From assembly GCA_903831815.1 (NCBI GenBank), contig CAIKZC010000002.1:7244-71243 (forward strand): a stretch of DNA of 64,000 nt. The letters run 5' to 3'. How positions within the stretch are numbered: the first letter of the stretch is position 1; each line of letters begins with the position of its first letter. Below the pieces are notes generated by a model. The model did not search any database and was not told the DNA's origin. It was given only the letters and a program-made list of their open reading frames with translations. The stretch comes from an uncultured bacterium. GTDB taxonomy: Bacteria > Patescibacteriota > Minisyncoccia > Phycocordibacterales > UBA11359. Below are positions 20,090-30,483 of this stretch, piece after piece. The position numbers were made by a program, and so were the translations under genes.

Positions 20090-20692
20090 CTAGAGTTGTG
20101 TTTCTTTGATAGAAGAATTGATGAAATTGATGGCTTGCGAGCGAAAATTGGACATATTTTCAATCATTTCGGACGATAGCGCATCGTTGATGCACCATAA
20201 AAGCTCGGTTGGTGGCGCAAAATATCCGAGAGTATAGAGTATTTGGAGGAGCAAGATGAATTCGAGATTCATGACCTGTTTGATCGTTGGCAATTTGTTT
20301 TTTGTTCCACAGGTTAAATAGATTAAACCTTCGGAAAGATGATCGAAAAGCGCTTCGTTCTTTTCTTCGCCGTTTACTAGCCGGCGCACTAAACTTAAAA
20401 CACGAGATATCATGGCGACACTTTGCGGAACATCTTTTATTTGCCAATAAATATTGGAAATTTCACGCGCATTGACCACACGCCAACCGGCGCGACCGCG
20501 CACCAGAGAAACTTCAGAGATGGAAAGCGGTTGCAAACTGAAACGTAACTTTGAAGTTGAAAGACGCACCCCTTGCGCGGTCGCCAAAACCATTCCAAGT
20601 TCACGCGTAAAGATCCAATAATTTTTATTGGCTTCGCGAACATTAATAGCCTCGATGACTATTCCCCGCGTATGGTAGATATGATGACTCAT
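20090..20692 (-). CDS. recO: DNA repair protein RecO
   Basis: EANK...FTRELG...AQGVR...SKLR...LQP. Confidence 0.85.
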   Translation of the reverse strand: MSHHIYHTRGIVIEAINVREANKNYWIFTRELGMVLATAQGVRLSTSKLRFSLQPLSISEVSLVRGRAGWRVVNAREISNIYWQIKDVPQSVAMISRVLSLVRRLVNGEEKNEALFDHLSEGLIYLTCGTKNKLPTIKQVMNLEFILLLQILYTLGYFAPPTELLWCINDALSSEMIENMSNFRSQAINFINSSIKETQL

Positions 20693-20698
20693 ATTTTT

Positions 20699-23600
20699 CT
20701 AAACTTTTTTGAGTTGTACTGTAAGGTGAAGGTCTTCGGCGACCACGGGGGTGCCGGTCGTGTTTTGAACGAAGGACGGCGCACTGACCAAATTTACTTT
20801 TTTAACAAGTTCATCATTATATTTTTTAATAAAAGCCACCGTCATATCATCACCGGAAAATTCCATCGATGCCTTATCTTGCGGATTAAATTCCATCTCT
20901 TTACGAACCTCTTGAATAGCGCGCATGAGCTCGCGCAATTTCCCCTCTTCGATAAGTTCCGGTGTCATTTTAACATCAACAAGAACCGTAACATCGTTTG
21001 CCGTCATGCTTTCGTTATTTTTTTCTTTCAATCCTAAACTTCGCTTAACCAATTTTACGTTCAATTCCTCGGCAATGATCGACTCAAATTCCGGAGAAAG
21101 CATATTTTCCGCATCATATTCAATTCCAGCAAGCGGTTGACGAACTTTTTTGCCTTCTTTGGCTCTAAAAGCCAATCCAACTTCAACGATTTTTCGCACG
21201 GTGTTCATGTCGGTCAAAATTTTGACATCATAATTCTCACAAACCGGCCAAACACGTAAATGAACACTTTCAGCATCTGTTTCATTTTTAACTTTCTGGT
21301 AGATATCTTCGGCAATAAAAGGCATAAATGGTGCGATCAAAATTGAAAATTCAAACAAAACATATCGCATAGTAGCCAAGGCAGCCTCTTTGTCCGCAGC
21401 ATCGTCGCCTTTGAAACGATCACGTGATCGACGCAAATACCAAACGGAAAAATCTTCAATGAAATCATCAATCGGACGCGCCGCTTTGTCTAGCATGTAA
21501 GCGCCAAGAGCGCCGGTAATAGTGTTACAAGTTTGAGATAATCGAGCTAAAATCCAGCGGTCTAAGACATTTTCACTATTTTTGTAAGCTGCAGAATTGT
21601 CGGCATAAAGTGCGTAAAAAGAATAAATATTATTCAAACGCATCAAAAGTTTTTTAACGACCTCATCAAGACCTTTTTCGGAAAAGAGCAGTTCTTCGGA
21701 TTTTACGGCCGGACTCGACATCAAATAATAACGTAGAGCGTCGGCGGAATATTTATCGACGGCTGGCATTATTTCGGGAAAATTTTTCAATCTCTTGGAC
21801 ATCTTTTTGCCGTCTTCTGCCAAGACCAAACCGTTCACTATCACATTTTTGTATGGCGACTCATTGAAAAGCGCCACACCTAAAACAATCAAAGTGTAAA
21901 ACCATCCACGAGTCTGGTCTAGTCCTTCACCAATAAAATCAGCCGGGAAATTTTTGTGTTTTTCGGCATCAAAAACCGTTTTTTCAAAAGGATAATGATT
22001 TTGCGCATATGGCATCGAACCGGAATCGTACCAAGTATCAAAAACATCCAAGACACGCGCAAATTTACCGCCACACTCACAAGGCCATGAAATATCATCG
22101 ATATAAGGTCGATGGAGGTCAAGCTCCAATTTTTCATTGCGAGGGATATGATAGAAATGATGTTGCTTTACTTCTCCCGGATGCAAATAATCTTCATCTT
22201 TGGTTGCCGAAATTGCCAATATTTGTTTGCGAGTAAGCCCTTGCGCACCCATTCGCATAAAGAAAAGCGGATCGTCGTGACTTACGATCAAAATATTTTT
22301 ACCCTCATTTTCCTTATCAATGCCTATCAAAAATTCAGTCACGCGATTTCTCACGTTTTCCACCGTCTCCCCACCATTTGGTGCTTTGATATAGCGTTCC
22401 TCTTTATTTTTAAACAATGCATGATATTCCGCGCAACTTTTGCCATCCATTTCACCAACGTTCAATTCGCGAATTCGTTTATCAAAAATGATTTTTTCAA
22501 TCGGAAACCCAATCGTTTCCGCCACGATCTCGGCCGTTTCTTTGGTCCGAACAAAATCAGAAGCGTAGATAATATCGATTTTTTTGCCTTTCAAACTTTT
22601 AGCCGATTTCGCCACGTCATCTCTACCTTTTTCGGTAAGATGATGTTGATTTTCAACTTTTGAACTCAAAATATTTTTAACATTATGCTCGCCTTCGCCG
22701 TGACGCATCAGGAAATAAGTATTCGAGCTTCTAACCTTTTGTTTGAGGTCGTCGATCGAACCGAGTACTTCGATCTTTTTACATTCCTTGCAACGCCAGA
22801 TCGGCATGGCTGTACCCCAATATCGCTGTCGTGAAATACCCCAATCTTTGGCGCCTTCCAGCCAATTTCCAAAGCGCGCTTCACCGACATAATCCGGCAC
22901 CCAATGAATTTTATTATTTTCCGCAACCAAACGCTTTTTGATTTCAGTCACTTTTACGAACCATGAAGAAGTCGCATAGTTGAGAAGCGGCGTATCACAT
23001 CGCCAACAATGGGGATATGAGTGAATTATTTTTTCTTTAGCAAAAAGATTGCCCTTACCGGCCAAATATTTGATGATCTCGATATCGGCTTTTTGATGAT
23101 CGCCTTTCGGTTTTACGTCCTGCCCAGCAAATTCAATGACTTCCTTTTTAAATTTTCCGTCGGCGCTGACATGTTGAACAAATGGAATTTTTTTCTCCTG
23201 TGACAATTGCAGATCATCCTCGCCAAAACCGGGCGCAATATGCACTACTCCCGTACCATCTTCGATCGTGACAAATTCGGCTTCGTATACATGCCAAGCA
23301 TTCTCTTTGTTCGGCAATTCAGTATCTTTGTAATATGGAAAAATCGGTTCGTATGATTTACCGACCAATTTTGTACCCTTAAATTCATCTTCAACGGTAT
23401 ATGCCGACTTTATCGTCGACAATCGATTTTTGGCCAGAATAAGTTTAATGGTTTTTTCTGGATTTTTCTCATCAACGATGGAGATTTGGACATAATCAAT
23501 CTTCGAATTTACAGCTAAAGCAAAGTTACCAGGCAATGTCCAAGGTGTCGTCGTCCAAGCCAGCAAAAAAGTGTCCGGTACAATCTCGTCTTTTTTATCC

Positions 23601-24286
23601 TTCAACTGAAACTTCACATAAACCGAAATATCGGTGATATCTTTGTAACCTTGGTTGACTTCAAAGTTGGAAAGCGTCGTGCCGCAATGCGGACAGAGAT
23701 GCACCGATTTATAACCTTCGTAAGCCAGATCTTTTTTGAAAAGCTCTTTGAACGACCACCAAACGGATTCCATATAGGTCGAATCCATGGTCATATAATA
23801 ATTGTCCATGTCCACAAAACGACCGAGACGCGGAATTATTTTTTTCCAATCGGCGTAATATCGCAAAACGCTTTCGCGTGCGGCTTTGTTAAATTTTTCG
23901 ATACCGTATTCCTCGATCTCTTTTTTATTCTTAAGCCCAAGTTCCTTTTCGATCAAATTTTCTATCGGCAAGCCATGACAATCCCAACCCCAACGACGAG
24001 TGACGTGATAACCTTGCATCGTTTTGAAACGTGGGATCACATCTTTCATTGTGCCGGAAAGGATATGACCATAGTGTGGCAAACCGGTCGCAAATGGTGG
24101 ACCATCGTAAAAAGTAAACTCACCTTTTGGCGCGTCTTTTTGCAAAGTTTTTTCAAAAATTTTGCTTTCATCCCAAAAAGCCAAAATCTCTTCCTCGCGA
24201 GCGGCTAATGCGCTTTTCAAAGGAACTTCTTTCGCCGGTTTAACGGATTCACTTCCCTTTTCTTTTTTAACTTTGTCTGTCGCCAT
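20699..24286 (-). CDS. ileS: Isoleucyl-tRNA synthetase (type 2) with an inserted histidine-phosphatase domain
   Basis: DGPPFATGLPHYGH, WTTTPWTLP, KMSKR; internal LMRHGE...RIRE...VSH domain; probable ATG start 24286. Confidence 0.96.
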   Translation of the reverse strand: MATDKVKKEKGSESVKPAKEVPLKSALAAREEEILAFWDESKIFEKTLQKDAPKGEFTFYDGPPFATGLPHYGHILSGTMKDVIPRFKTMQGYHVTRRWGWDCHGLPIENLIEKELGLKNKKEIEEYGIEKFNKAARESVLRYYADWKKIIPRLGRFVDMDNYYMTMDSTYMESVWWSFKELFKKDLAYEGYKSVHLCPHCGTTLSNFEVNQGYKDITDISVYVKFQLKDKKDEIVPDTFLLAWTTTPWTLPGNFALAVNSKIDYVQISIVDEKNPEKTIKLILAKNRLSTIKSAYTVEDEFKGTKLVGKSYEPIFPYYKDTELPNKENAWHVYEAEFVTIEDGTGVVHIAPGFGEDDLQLSQEKKIPFVQHVSADGKFKKEVIEFAGQDVKPKGDHQKADIEIIKYLAGKGNLFAKEKIIHSYPHCWRCDTPLLNYATSSWFVKVTEIKKRLVAENNKIHWVPDYVGEARFGNWLEGAKDWGISRQRYWGTAMPIWRCKECKKIEVLGSIDDLKQKVRSSNTYFLMRHGEGEHNVKNILSSKVENQHHLTEKGRDDVAKSAKSLKGKKIDIIYASDFVRTKETAEIVAETIGFPIEKIIFDKRIRELNVGEMDGKSCAEYHALFKNKEERYIKAPNGGETVENVRNRVTEFLIGIDKENEGKNILIVSHDDPLFFMRMGAQGLTRKQILAISATKDEDYLHPGEVKQHHFYHIPRNEKLELDLHRPYIDDISWPCECGGKFARVLDVFDTWYDSGSMPYAQNHYPFEKTVFDAEKHKNFPADFIGEGLDQTRGWFYTLIVLGVALFNESPYKNVIVNGLVLAEDGKKMSKRLKNFPEIMPAVDKYSADALRYYLMSSPAVKSEELLFSEKGLDEVVKKLLMRLNNIYSFYALYADNSAAYKNSENVLDRWILARLSQTCNTITGALGAYMLDKAARPIDDFIEDFSVWYLRRSRDRFKGDDAADKEAALATMRYVLFEFSILIAPFMPFIAEDIYQKVKNETDAESVHLRVWPVCENYDVKILTDMNTVRKIVEVGLAFRAKEGKKVRQPLAGIEYDAENMLSPEFESIIAEELNVKLVKRSLGLKEKNNESMTANDVTVLVDVKMTPELIEEGKLRELMRAIQEVRKEMEFNPQDKASMEFSGDDMTVAFIKKYNDELVKKVNLVSAPSFVQNTTGTPVVAEDLHLTVQLKKV

Positions 24287-24382
24287 ATATTGAAACATAC
24301 TAGCATTTTTCCTGATTTTATAAAAGAAAAGCCCGACGGTAAAGTAACCGAAGGGCTGGAATGCCACGAATGCGAAACATTA

Positions 24383-24763
24383 TCAAAATGCCGGAGTCGA
24401 ACCCTTGTGATCCCACATGCTTCCCCGGAAAAGAGCGTTGCGAACCCTGCGTCGCCGAAGAGCAAGTTTGTTCCCCGCCACAAACGTGTAGGGCCTCAGG
24501 GTCGGGACGTCGTCGGTGGAGTGCCAAATCTTCAGATCGAAGTGGCTATTCCGCCGGCTTTTGTCGATCAGCCGCATATCTTTGTAGAACACTTCACAAA
24601 CGGTATGAGGCAGGCCCTTGCTATCACGCAAGGTCATTGGCTCGGAAAACATGATCCCCTTCCCAATACTGTTCTCGGTATGAGTATCATGCCCCTCAAT
24701 GAAATACCTCTCCGGCCTGGTGCCTGGAGGATAAACCTTCGCCGCCTTCTTTTTTCTGGTCAC
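24383..24763 (-). CDS. Hypothetical basic protein (SD-led accessory gene)
   Basis: GAAAGGAG SD before GTG; terminator-like hairpin at ~24324-24358. Confidence 0.55.
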   Translation of the reverse strand: MTRKKKAAKVYPPGTRPERYFIEGHDTHTENSIGKGIMFSEPMTLRDSKGLPHTVCEVFYKDMRLIDKSRRNSHFDLKIWHSTDDVPTLRPYTFVAGNKLALRRRRVRNALFRGSMWDHKGSTPAF

Positions 24764-24838
24764 GATTAACTCCTTTCAAGTTCAAAAAATTACCATGGTT
24801 CTACCCAACACTAAACAACATTTCAGCGTTTTTTGCAA

Positions 24839-26566
24839 CTACATCTTTTCCGGAACGGAGATACCGAGCAATTTTAAGCCGTGATTCATTATCTGCACGA
24901 AACCGGCTGTCAAAGCGACCTTATAGGAAGCGGTTTCATCAGTTGGATCCACGATTTTGTTGGCGACATAATATGAATTGAATTCTCCGGAAAGTTGGAG
25001 CAAATAAGTTACTATATTCTGCGGAGCAAGATTAACGGTCGCGTGTTCAACGACTTCTTCGAAACGCGCAAGTAATTTTTCAAATTCTGAAACCTCGGCC
25101 GGAATATTTTTCTGAGATGGTTTTATCCCCTCTTTCTTGGCTTTTTGCAGAACCGAGTTGGCGCGCACACTACCGTATTGCAAATACGGACCCGAATCGC
25201 CTTCGAACGAGAGTGATTTTTCAAAATCAAAAATGATGTCGTTACCCGGAGCTTGTTTTAAAATTGAAAACTTAATCGCGGCAATCGCAACCGTATCAAG
25301 AATTTGTTTTTTCTCTTCCCCATTTAATTCACGGTCAGCAATTTTTTCGGCGACCATTTTCTCAACATCATGAATTAAAGATTCGCCGGTGATCACATTA
25401 CCTTTACGCGAACTCATTTTTCCCTCAGCAAAACGTAACATGCCATGGGAAATGTGTCTCATTTTATTAGCCGTTTCCGGAAAAATAAATTCGATAACCT
25501 TGAGCAAAACTTTAAAATATTCATTCTGCTCATTTCCCGTAACTGAAATCGACAGATCAAACGGATAGGTTTCAATTTTACGTTTGGCAAGACCGAGTTC
25601 TTTGGCTTCATAGGTCGGAATACCCTGAGAATTAACAAAAACACGAGTATGTAAGCCGTATTTCTCGCCCTTAAAAACAATCGCTCCCTCGCTTTTTTCA
25701 AATATTCCTTTTTGCAAAAATTCATCAACCAAAAACATGCCAATCGGCGCCATTTCGCTTTCGTAAAATTCAAAATCAAACCGCGTGTCGAGTTTTGGAA
25801 ATATTTCGTGAAAATGTTTTATACTGATCTCCCTACCCCACTTGTATAATTCTTCAATCTTAGCATCGGAATGTTCAAAAATTTTCTTATTTATTTCTTT
25901 TATGTTGTCCGCCAAAATCGGATCACTTTCAAAAGCGGTGTTGCCTTCGGCGTAGACACGACCAATGTAAGCAATTTCAGTCTCTTTACCGGATTTATCG
26001 TACGGAGTTTTCATCATACCCCAAATCGCTTTGGCTACATGCAAGCCCACATCACCTCCATAATATGCGCGTTTCACCTCCGCTCCGGCATTTTCAAAAA
26101 GTCGAGAAATAGTTTCTCCGATTGCATTCGACATCAAGTGCCCGATATGAAATGGTTTGAAAGGATTTGGATCGGTGTATTCGATCATCACCTTTCTGCC
26201 TTTGTGCAAATTATTTTTGCCGTATTCGCTACCATCTTTCAAAATCTGTTCGACAGTTTTGGCAAAAAATTCGCGGGTAAAATAAAAATTAATGAAACCG
26301 GGACCCGCGATCTCGATCCTCTCAACTTCAGAAAGTTTGTTTTTGCGAAATACTCCGCTTTTACGCTGTTTTTCCAATTCCAAAACGATCTTTTCGGCCA
26401 AGACACGCGGATTTTGTTTAGTAATTTTGGCGTGGATCAAAGCGGCGTTGGTGCTCAAGTCTCCGTGCTCAACGTCGTTCGGATATTCCAAACTAAAATC
26501 AATGACTCCGATCTTTAGATCAGCCAGCGCATCCCCGATTGCTTGTTGTAATTTTTGTTTGATCAT
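24839..26566 (-). CDS. argS: Arginyl-tRNA synthetase
   Basis: HGDLSTN, GPGFIN, NPFKPFHIGH, KMSSRKG, GDSGPYLQY. Confidence 0.97.
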   Translation of the reverse strand: MIKQKLQQAIGDALADLKIGVIDFSLEYPNDVEHGDLSTNAALIHAKITKQNPRVLAEKIVLELEKQRKSGVFRKNKLSEVERIEIAGPGFINFYFTREFFAKTVEQILKDGSEYGKNNLHKGRKVMIEYTDPNPFKPFHIGHLMSNAIGETISRLFENAGAEVKRAYYGGDVGLHVAKAIWGMMKTPYDKSGKETEIAYIGRVYAEGNTAFESDPILADNIKEINKKIFEHSDAKIEELYKWGREISIKHFHEIFPKLDTRFDFEFYESEMAPIGMFLVDEFLQKGIFEKSEGAIVFKGEKYGLHTRVFVNSQGIPTYEAKELGLAKRKIETYPFDLSISVTGNEQNEYFKVLLKVIEFIFPETANKMRHISHGMLRFAEGKMSSRKGNVITGESLIHDVEKMVAEKIADRELNGEEKKQILDTVAIAAIKFSILKQAPGNDIIFDFEKSLSFEGDSGPYLQYGSVRANSVLQKAKKEGIKPSQKNIPAEVSEFEKLLARFEEVVEHATVNLAPQNIVTYLLQLSGEFNSYYVANKIVDPTDETASYKVALTAGFVQIMNHGLKLLGISVPEKM

Positions 26567-26596
26567 TTATTGTTTATTTTTCTCTCTATCCTAACA

Positions 26597-27025
26597 TTAT
26601 TTTCTGCCAGTGCTACCAAATTGGCCCATTCCTCGAGCGCTTTCGGATAATTCTGAAACTTCCTCTAGTTTAGCAATTTCAACCGGAAACAGAACAACTT
26701 GAGCAACTTTATCCCCCTTTTCAACCGTGTATGGTTTATCACTCAAATTTACCAAATGAACGTTGTATTCGCCTCTAAAACCGGCGTCAAATACCCCACC
26801 CATTGTGTGAAGTCCGGCTTTGGAAATACTGCCTTTGTCTTTGATGATACCGGCATATCCGATCGGAAATTCCATTGCAAAACCGTTATAAAAGCGATGA
26901 TGTTCACCGGGATTTATCGTCACTTGCTCAAGCGAATACAAATCAAGACCAACATCACCGGCATGTGCATAGCTCGGTAATTTCGCTTCCGGATTCAATC
27001 GTTTAATTTTTACAGTCAGTGCCAT
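26597..27025 (-). CDS. dut: dUTP diphosphatase
   Basis: GLDL, GVFDAGFRGE, GDKVAQ, RGMGQFGSTG. Confidence 0.95.
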   Translation of the reverse strand: MALTVKIKRLNPEAKLPSYAHAGDVGLDLYSLEQVTINPGEHHRFYNGFAMEFPIGYAGIIKDKGSISKAGLHTMGGVFDAGFRGEYNVHLVNLSDKPYTVEKGDKVAQVVLFPVEIAKLEEVSELSESARGMGQFGSTGRK

Positions 27026-27035
27026 TTTTATAAAA

Positions 27036-27254
27036 TTATTCTTCAGAAAAAACCTCCACACAAAGAACATTTTGGTCGTTGACCATTACTAAACGCCCGT
27101 CAGTCGTATTGAATTTAGTAAATTGTCCCTGGGAAATAGAACTGGAAATAACGCCTTTTATCGTTTTCTTAGTACCGCCCATAAAAGTAATGATTTGGGT
27201 CACAGTTTTTCCTTTTGACTCCACTGAAGATTTTAGATCAATTTGTTTAGGCAT
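27036..27254 (-). CDS. Small hypothetical beta-rich protein (72 aa)
   Basis: Tightly packed between glyA and dut on the same strand. Confidence 0.7.
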   Translation of the reverse strand: MPKQIDLKSSVESKGKTVTQIITFMGGTKKTIKGVISSSISQGQFTKFNTTDGRLVMVNDQNVLCVEVFSEE

Positions 27255-27260
27255 ATTTTT

Positions 27261-28460
27261 TTATTTTTTACCTTTTTTCTTCGACGTTTTGCCGCGGAGA
27301 ACAGCATCGATCTTTCGAGCAATGGCAATCATATCTTTTTCTCTCTTGCCTCGAGTCGTTTCAGCCGCCGTACCCAAGCGAATGCCAGATGGGTCCATCG
27401 GACTTCGAGTTTCGTTCGGGATTGTATTCATGTTCACAATAATTCCGGCTTTCTCCAACAACTTGCTGGCCACGCTTCCGGCAATACCCTTGCCCATCAT
27501 CCAAGTGTCCATCAAGATCAAGTGACTGTCCGTACCGCCCGAAACAATTCTCCAACCGAGTTTTACCAACTCCTCTGCTAGCACTGATGCATTTTTCTTG
27601 ATCTGATGTGCATATTTTTTAAATTCGGGAGATGCTGCTTCTTTTAGAGCAATGGCAACGGCCGCAATCTGATTCATGTGCGGACCACCTTGCATACCAG
27701 GGAAAATAGCTTTATCGATTTTTTTGCCAAGTTCTCGTTCATCATTTTTGGCAAAGATCAAAGCACTACGCGGACCACGAAGAGTTTTGTGCACGGTCGT
27801 TGTCACAACATCCGCATAATCAAAAGGCGTAGGATACGCTCCTCCAGCCACAAGCCCGGCCACATGCGACATGTCTACCATCAAAATTGCACCAACACTG
27901 TCGGCAATTTCACGAAACTTTTTGAAATCGATAACGCGAGGATAGGCGGTAAATCCGGCGACAATTAGAGCCGGTTTTTCTTTTTCGGCCACCGCTTTTA
28001 TTTCTTCATAATTAAGCTGTTCGGATTTTGCATCCACGCCATAAGCGACTTGCTGCCAAGCTTTTCCGGAAATCGAAACTTTGTGGCCGTGAGTTAAGTG
28101 ACCACCATGCGAGAGGCTCATACCCATGATTTTGCCACCAAGCGGCACTAGAGCTAGATACACTGCAACATTGGCTGGCGATCCGGAAAGTGGCTGTACA
28201 TTAACATGCCACTTTGCCGGAGAAAGTTTAAAAAGTTTCAAAGCGCGTTTTTGCGCCAAAATTTCTATTTTGTCGGTAAAAGTTTGTCCGCCATAATATC
28301 GGTGACCGGGATACCCTTCGGAATATTTGTTAGTGAGCTCTGAACCGAGTGCCGCAAGCACATCAGCTGAAACAAAATTTTCAGAAGCGATGAGGTTGAT
28401 GACTTTTTTCTGTCTTTCCTTCTCAGCCTTCATAAGTTTACCGATTTCTTTATCTTTCAT
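27261..28460 (-). CDS. glyA: Serine hydroxymethyltransferase
   Basis: NLIASEN, NKYSEGYPG, GGHLTHG, TTTVHKTLRGPR. Confidence 0.98.
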   Translation of the reverse strand: MKDKEIGKLMKAEKERQKKVINLIASENFVSADVLAALGSELTNKYSEGYPGHRYYGGQTFTDKIEILAQKRALKLFKLSPAKWHVNVQPLSGSPANVAVYLALVPLGGKIMGMSLSHGGHLTHGHKVSISGKAWQQVAYGVDAKSEQLNYEEIKAVAEKEKPALIVAGFTAYPRVIDFKKFREIADSVGAILMVDMSHVAGLVAGGAYPTPFDYADVVTTTVHKTLRGPRSALIFAKNDERELGKKIDKAIFPGMQGGPHMNQIAAVAIALKEAASPEFKKYAHQIKKNASVLAEELVKLGWRIVSGGTDSHLILMDTWMMGKGIAGSVASKLLEKAGIIVNMNTIPNETRSPMDPSGIRLGTAAETTRGKREKDMIAIARKIDAVLRGKTSKKKGKK

Positions 28461-28582
28461 GGCAGTAGCGCACCGTGGCGCAAGTTATTGAATATGTGTA
28501 AAGTTTATCACAAAAAAAGAGGACTCCGTAGCTTGACGGAGTCCTTCTTGCGTTTCGCGCCATCGCCCACCTAATCCTTGAT

Positions 28583-28927
28583 TTACCACTGCCAGGGCTC
28601 ATCGTCGGTAAATACGGTTTTACCCCCGCTCTCGGTTGTGGTTACCGAACGAACGTCATTTCTTGACGTGACAATGCGATGTTCAAGTGAAGACGGCGCC
28701 CAATCACTATCACTTAACCTCTGCATGTCTCCAGACAGTGGTTTGATGGCCGACTCAGGCAGTGCGACATCTGCATTCGAACTACCGCCGTTCGTAACCG
28801 GCGGGTTTTCAGGTGATGGTTTTAAACCATCCCGCGACAGATTTACCTGCAAAGATTCTGAGAAGTTGCTATCAACGCGACGACGACCGCTACTGCTTCG
28901 CAGTAAACAACCAACGTGATGCATCAT
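28583..28927 (-). CDS. Hypothetical protein (SD-led accessory gene)
   Basis: GGGAGGAAG SD; terminator hairpin at ~28512-28545; low-complexity product. Confidence 0.4.
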   Translation of the reverse strand: MMHHVGCLLRSSSGRRRVDSNFSESLQVNLSRDGLKPSPENPPVTNGGSSNADVALPESAIKPLSGDMQRLSDSDWAPSSLEHRIVTSRNDVRSVTTTESGGKTVFTDDEPWQW

Positions 28928-29039
28928 GATGTCTTCCTCCCAAAAGGTTTATCTAGTTCCAACTGTTCTGTAATTATAATAACTTTTAAAAACATTTCTC
29001 GCAACGTTACAAAAAAATGTCTTGTGATAGAATTAAAAA

Positions 29040-29546
29040 ATGATTTCAATTATCTCGGCTGTGGCAGAAAATGGAATTATCGGAAAAAACAACGATTTGC
29101 CTTGGAAAATATCCGCGGACCTTTCGTATTTTGCAAAAACCACCAAAGGCAAGCCCGTGATCATGGGTTTAAATACTTTCAAATCGATATTTTCACGCAT
29201 CGGCAAGGCGCTTCCCGGGCGAAAAAATATAGTTTTAGTTTTTGAAAAAGACCCGACACTGGTCGGATGCGAGCAAGTTAAATCATTGCAAGAAGCTTTC
29301 GATCTAGCGGGCGCAAAAGATCAAGAAGTTTTTGTGATCGGTGGAGCAAGCATCTACAAACAATCAATAGATTTTGCGGATAAACTATATATCACAAGGA
29401 TCCATGCTTCCCCGGACGGAGACACTTCGTTCCCTGAGATAAAAGAAAGTGAATGGAAAATTGTTTTGTCGGAAGATCACACCAAAGACGATACAAATGA
29501 ATTCGATTATTCATTTACCATTTATGAGAGAATTAGCGTAAAATAA
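29040..29546 (+). CDS. folA: Dihydrofolate reductase
   Basis: IGKNNDLPW..D, VIMG, LPGRKN, VIGGASIY, GDTSFP. Confidence 0.96.
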   Translation: MISIISAVAENGIIGKNNDLPWKISADLSYFAKTTKGKPVIMGLNTFKSIFSRIGKALPGRKNIVLVFEKDPTLVGCEQVKSLQEAFDLAGAKDQEVFVIGGASIYKQSIDFADKLYITRIHASPDGDTSFPEIKESEWKIVLSEDHTKDDTNEFDYSFTIYERISVK

Positions 29547-29569
29547 ATATATTAGTTAACTTAACCACC

Positions 29570-30472
29570 ATGTACAAACAAGTAAGTGAACGGAAAGCAG
29601 ACAGCCAGTACCAGGATTTATTACGAAAGATCTTGAAGGAAGGGCGAAGTTCTGGAGTCATACAGGGCGAAGACGCGATTCGCATCATCGGATTACAACT
29701 TCGATACGATATGAGCAACGGTTTTCCGATGATAACCGAACGAGATATGTCCGGACCATTTCTTAAAGCGGCTCTCGGCGAACATATCGCTTTTTTAAAC
29801 GGCGCTCGCACTCAAGCAGAACTGGAAAAATTTGGATGTAAATTTTGGTCACGTTGGGTCACCAAAGAAAAATGCGCTATTTTCGGATTGCCTGAAGGAG
29901 ATTTGGGACCAGGTTCATATGGCGCTGCTTGGGCCAACTTCCCCACTTCAGAAGGCGAACCGTTCAATCAGATCACTCATTTAATGCAACAAATAAAAGA
30001 AAAGCCGTATCTTCGTACGCACATTCTCACACCTTGGATTCCTCAGTACACAATCCAGCACAATGGTTTAAATCGTAAGGTTGTTGTCGCTCCATGTCAC
30101 GGTTGGGTTCACGTCGTCACCTACCCCGAACAAAAAGAGTTTGCGATTCACCATTTCCAACGCAGTTCCGATATGCCGGTGGGAGTGCCATTCAATATAA
30201 TTCAATATGCCGCATTTGGTCTTATGTTGCAAAAATTGATCGGCTGGAAATTTGTTGAATACATTCACACTTTTTCAGATGGACATATTTATGAAAGCCA
30301 AGTAAAACACGTTGAAGAATTGTTGCAACGAGAACCGCGTAAACTTCCGACAGTTCGCATAGATGAAGAAGCTACTAAAAATATTACGGATATCAGAGAT
30401 TTCCGACAGGAACACTTTATTGTCGAAGATTACAATCCACACCCAAAAATGACCATTCCGACACCAGTTTAA
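29570..30472 (+). CDS. thyA: Thymidylate synthase, divergent
   Basis: GDLGPGSYG, APCH, QRSSD..GVPFN, DGHIY. Confidence 0.9.
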   Translation: MYKQVSERKADSQYQDLLRKILKEGRSSGVIQGEDAIRIIGLQLRYDMSNGFPMITERDMSGPFLKAALGEHIAFLNGARTQAELEKFGCKFWSRWVTKEKCAIFGLPEGDLGPGSYGAAWANFPTSEGEPFNQITHLMQQIKEKPYLRTHILTPWIPQYTIQHNGLNRKVVVAPCHGWVHVVTYPEQKEFAIHHFQRSSDMPVGVPFNIIQYAAFGLMLQKLIGWKFVEYIHTFSDGHIYESQVKHVEELLQREPRKLPTVRIDEEATKNITDIRDFRQEHFIVEDYNPHPKMTIPTPV

Positions 30473-30483
30473 TCCCAAAAAAA

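Noticed and set aside
24290-24769. 159-aa plus-strand ORF
   Set aside because: The overlapping minus-strand ORF has the SD and terminator; the plus frame has no support
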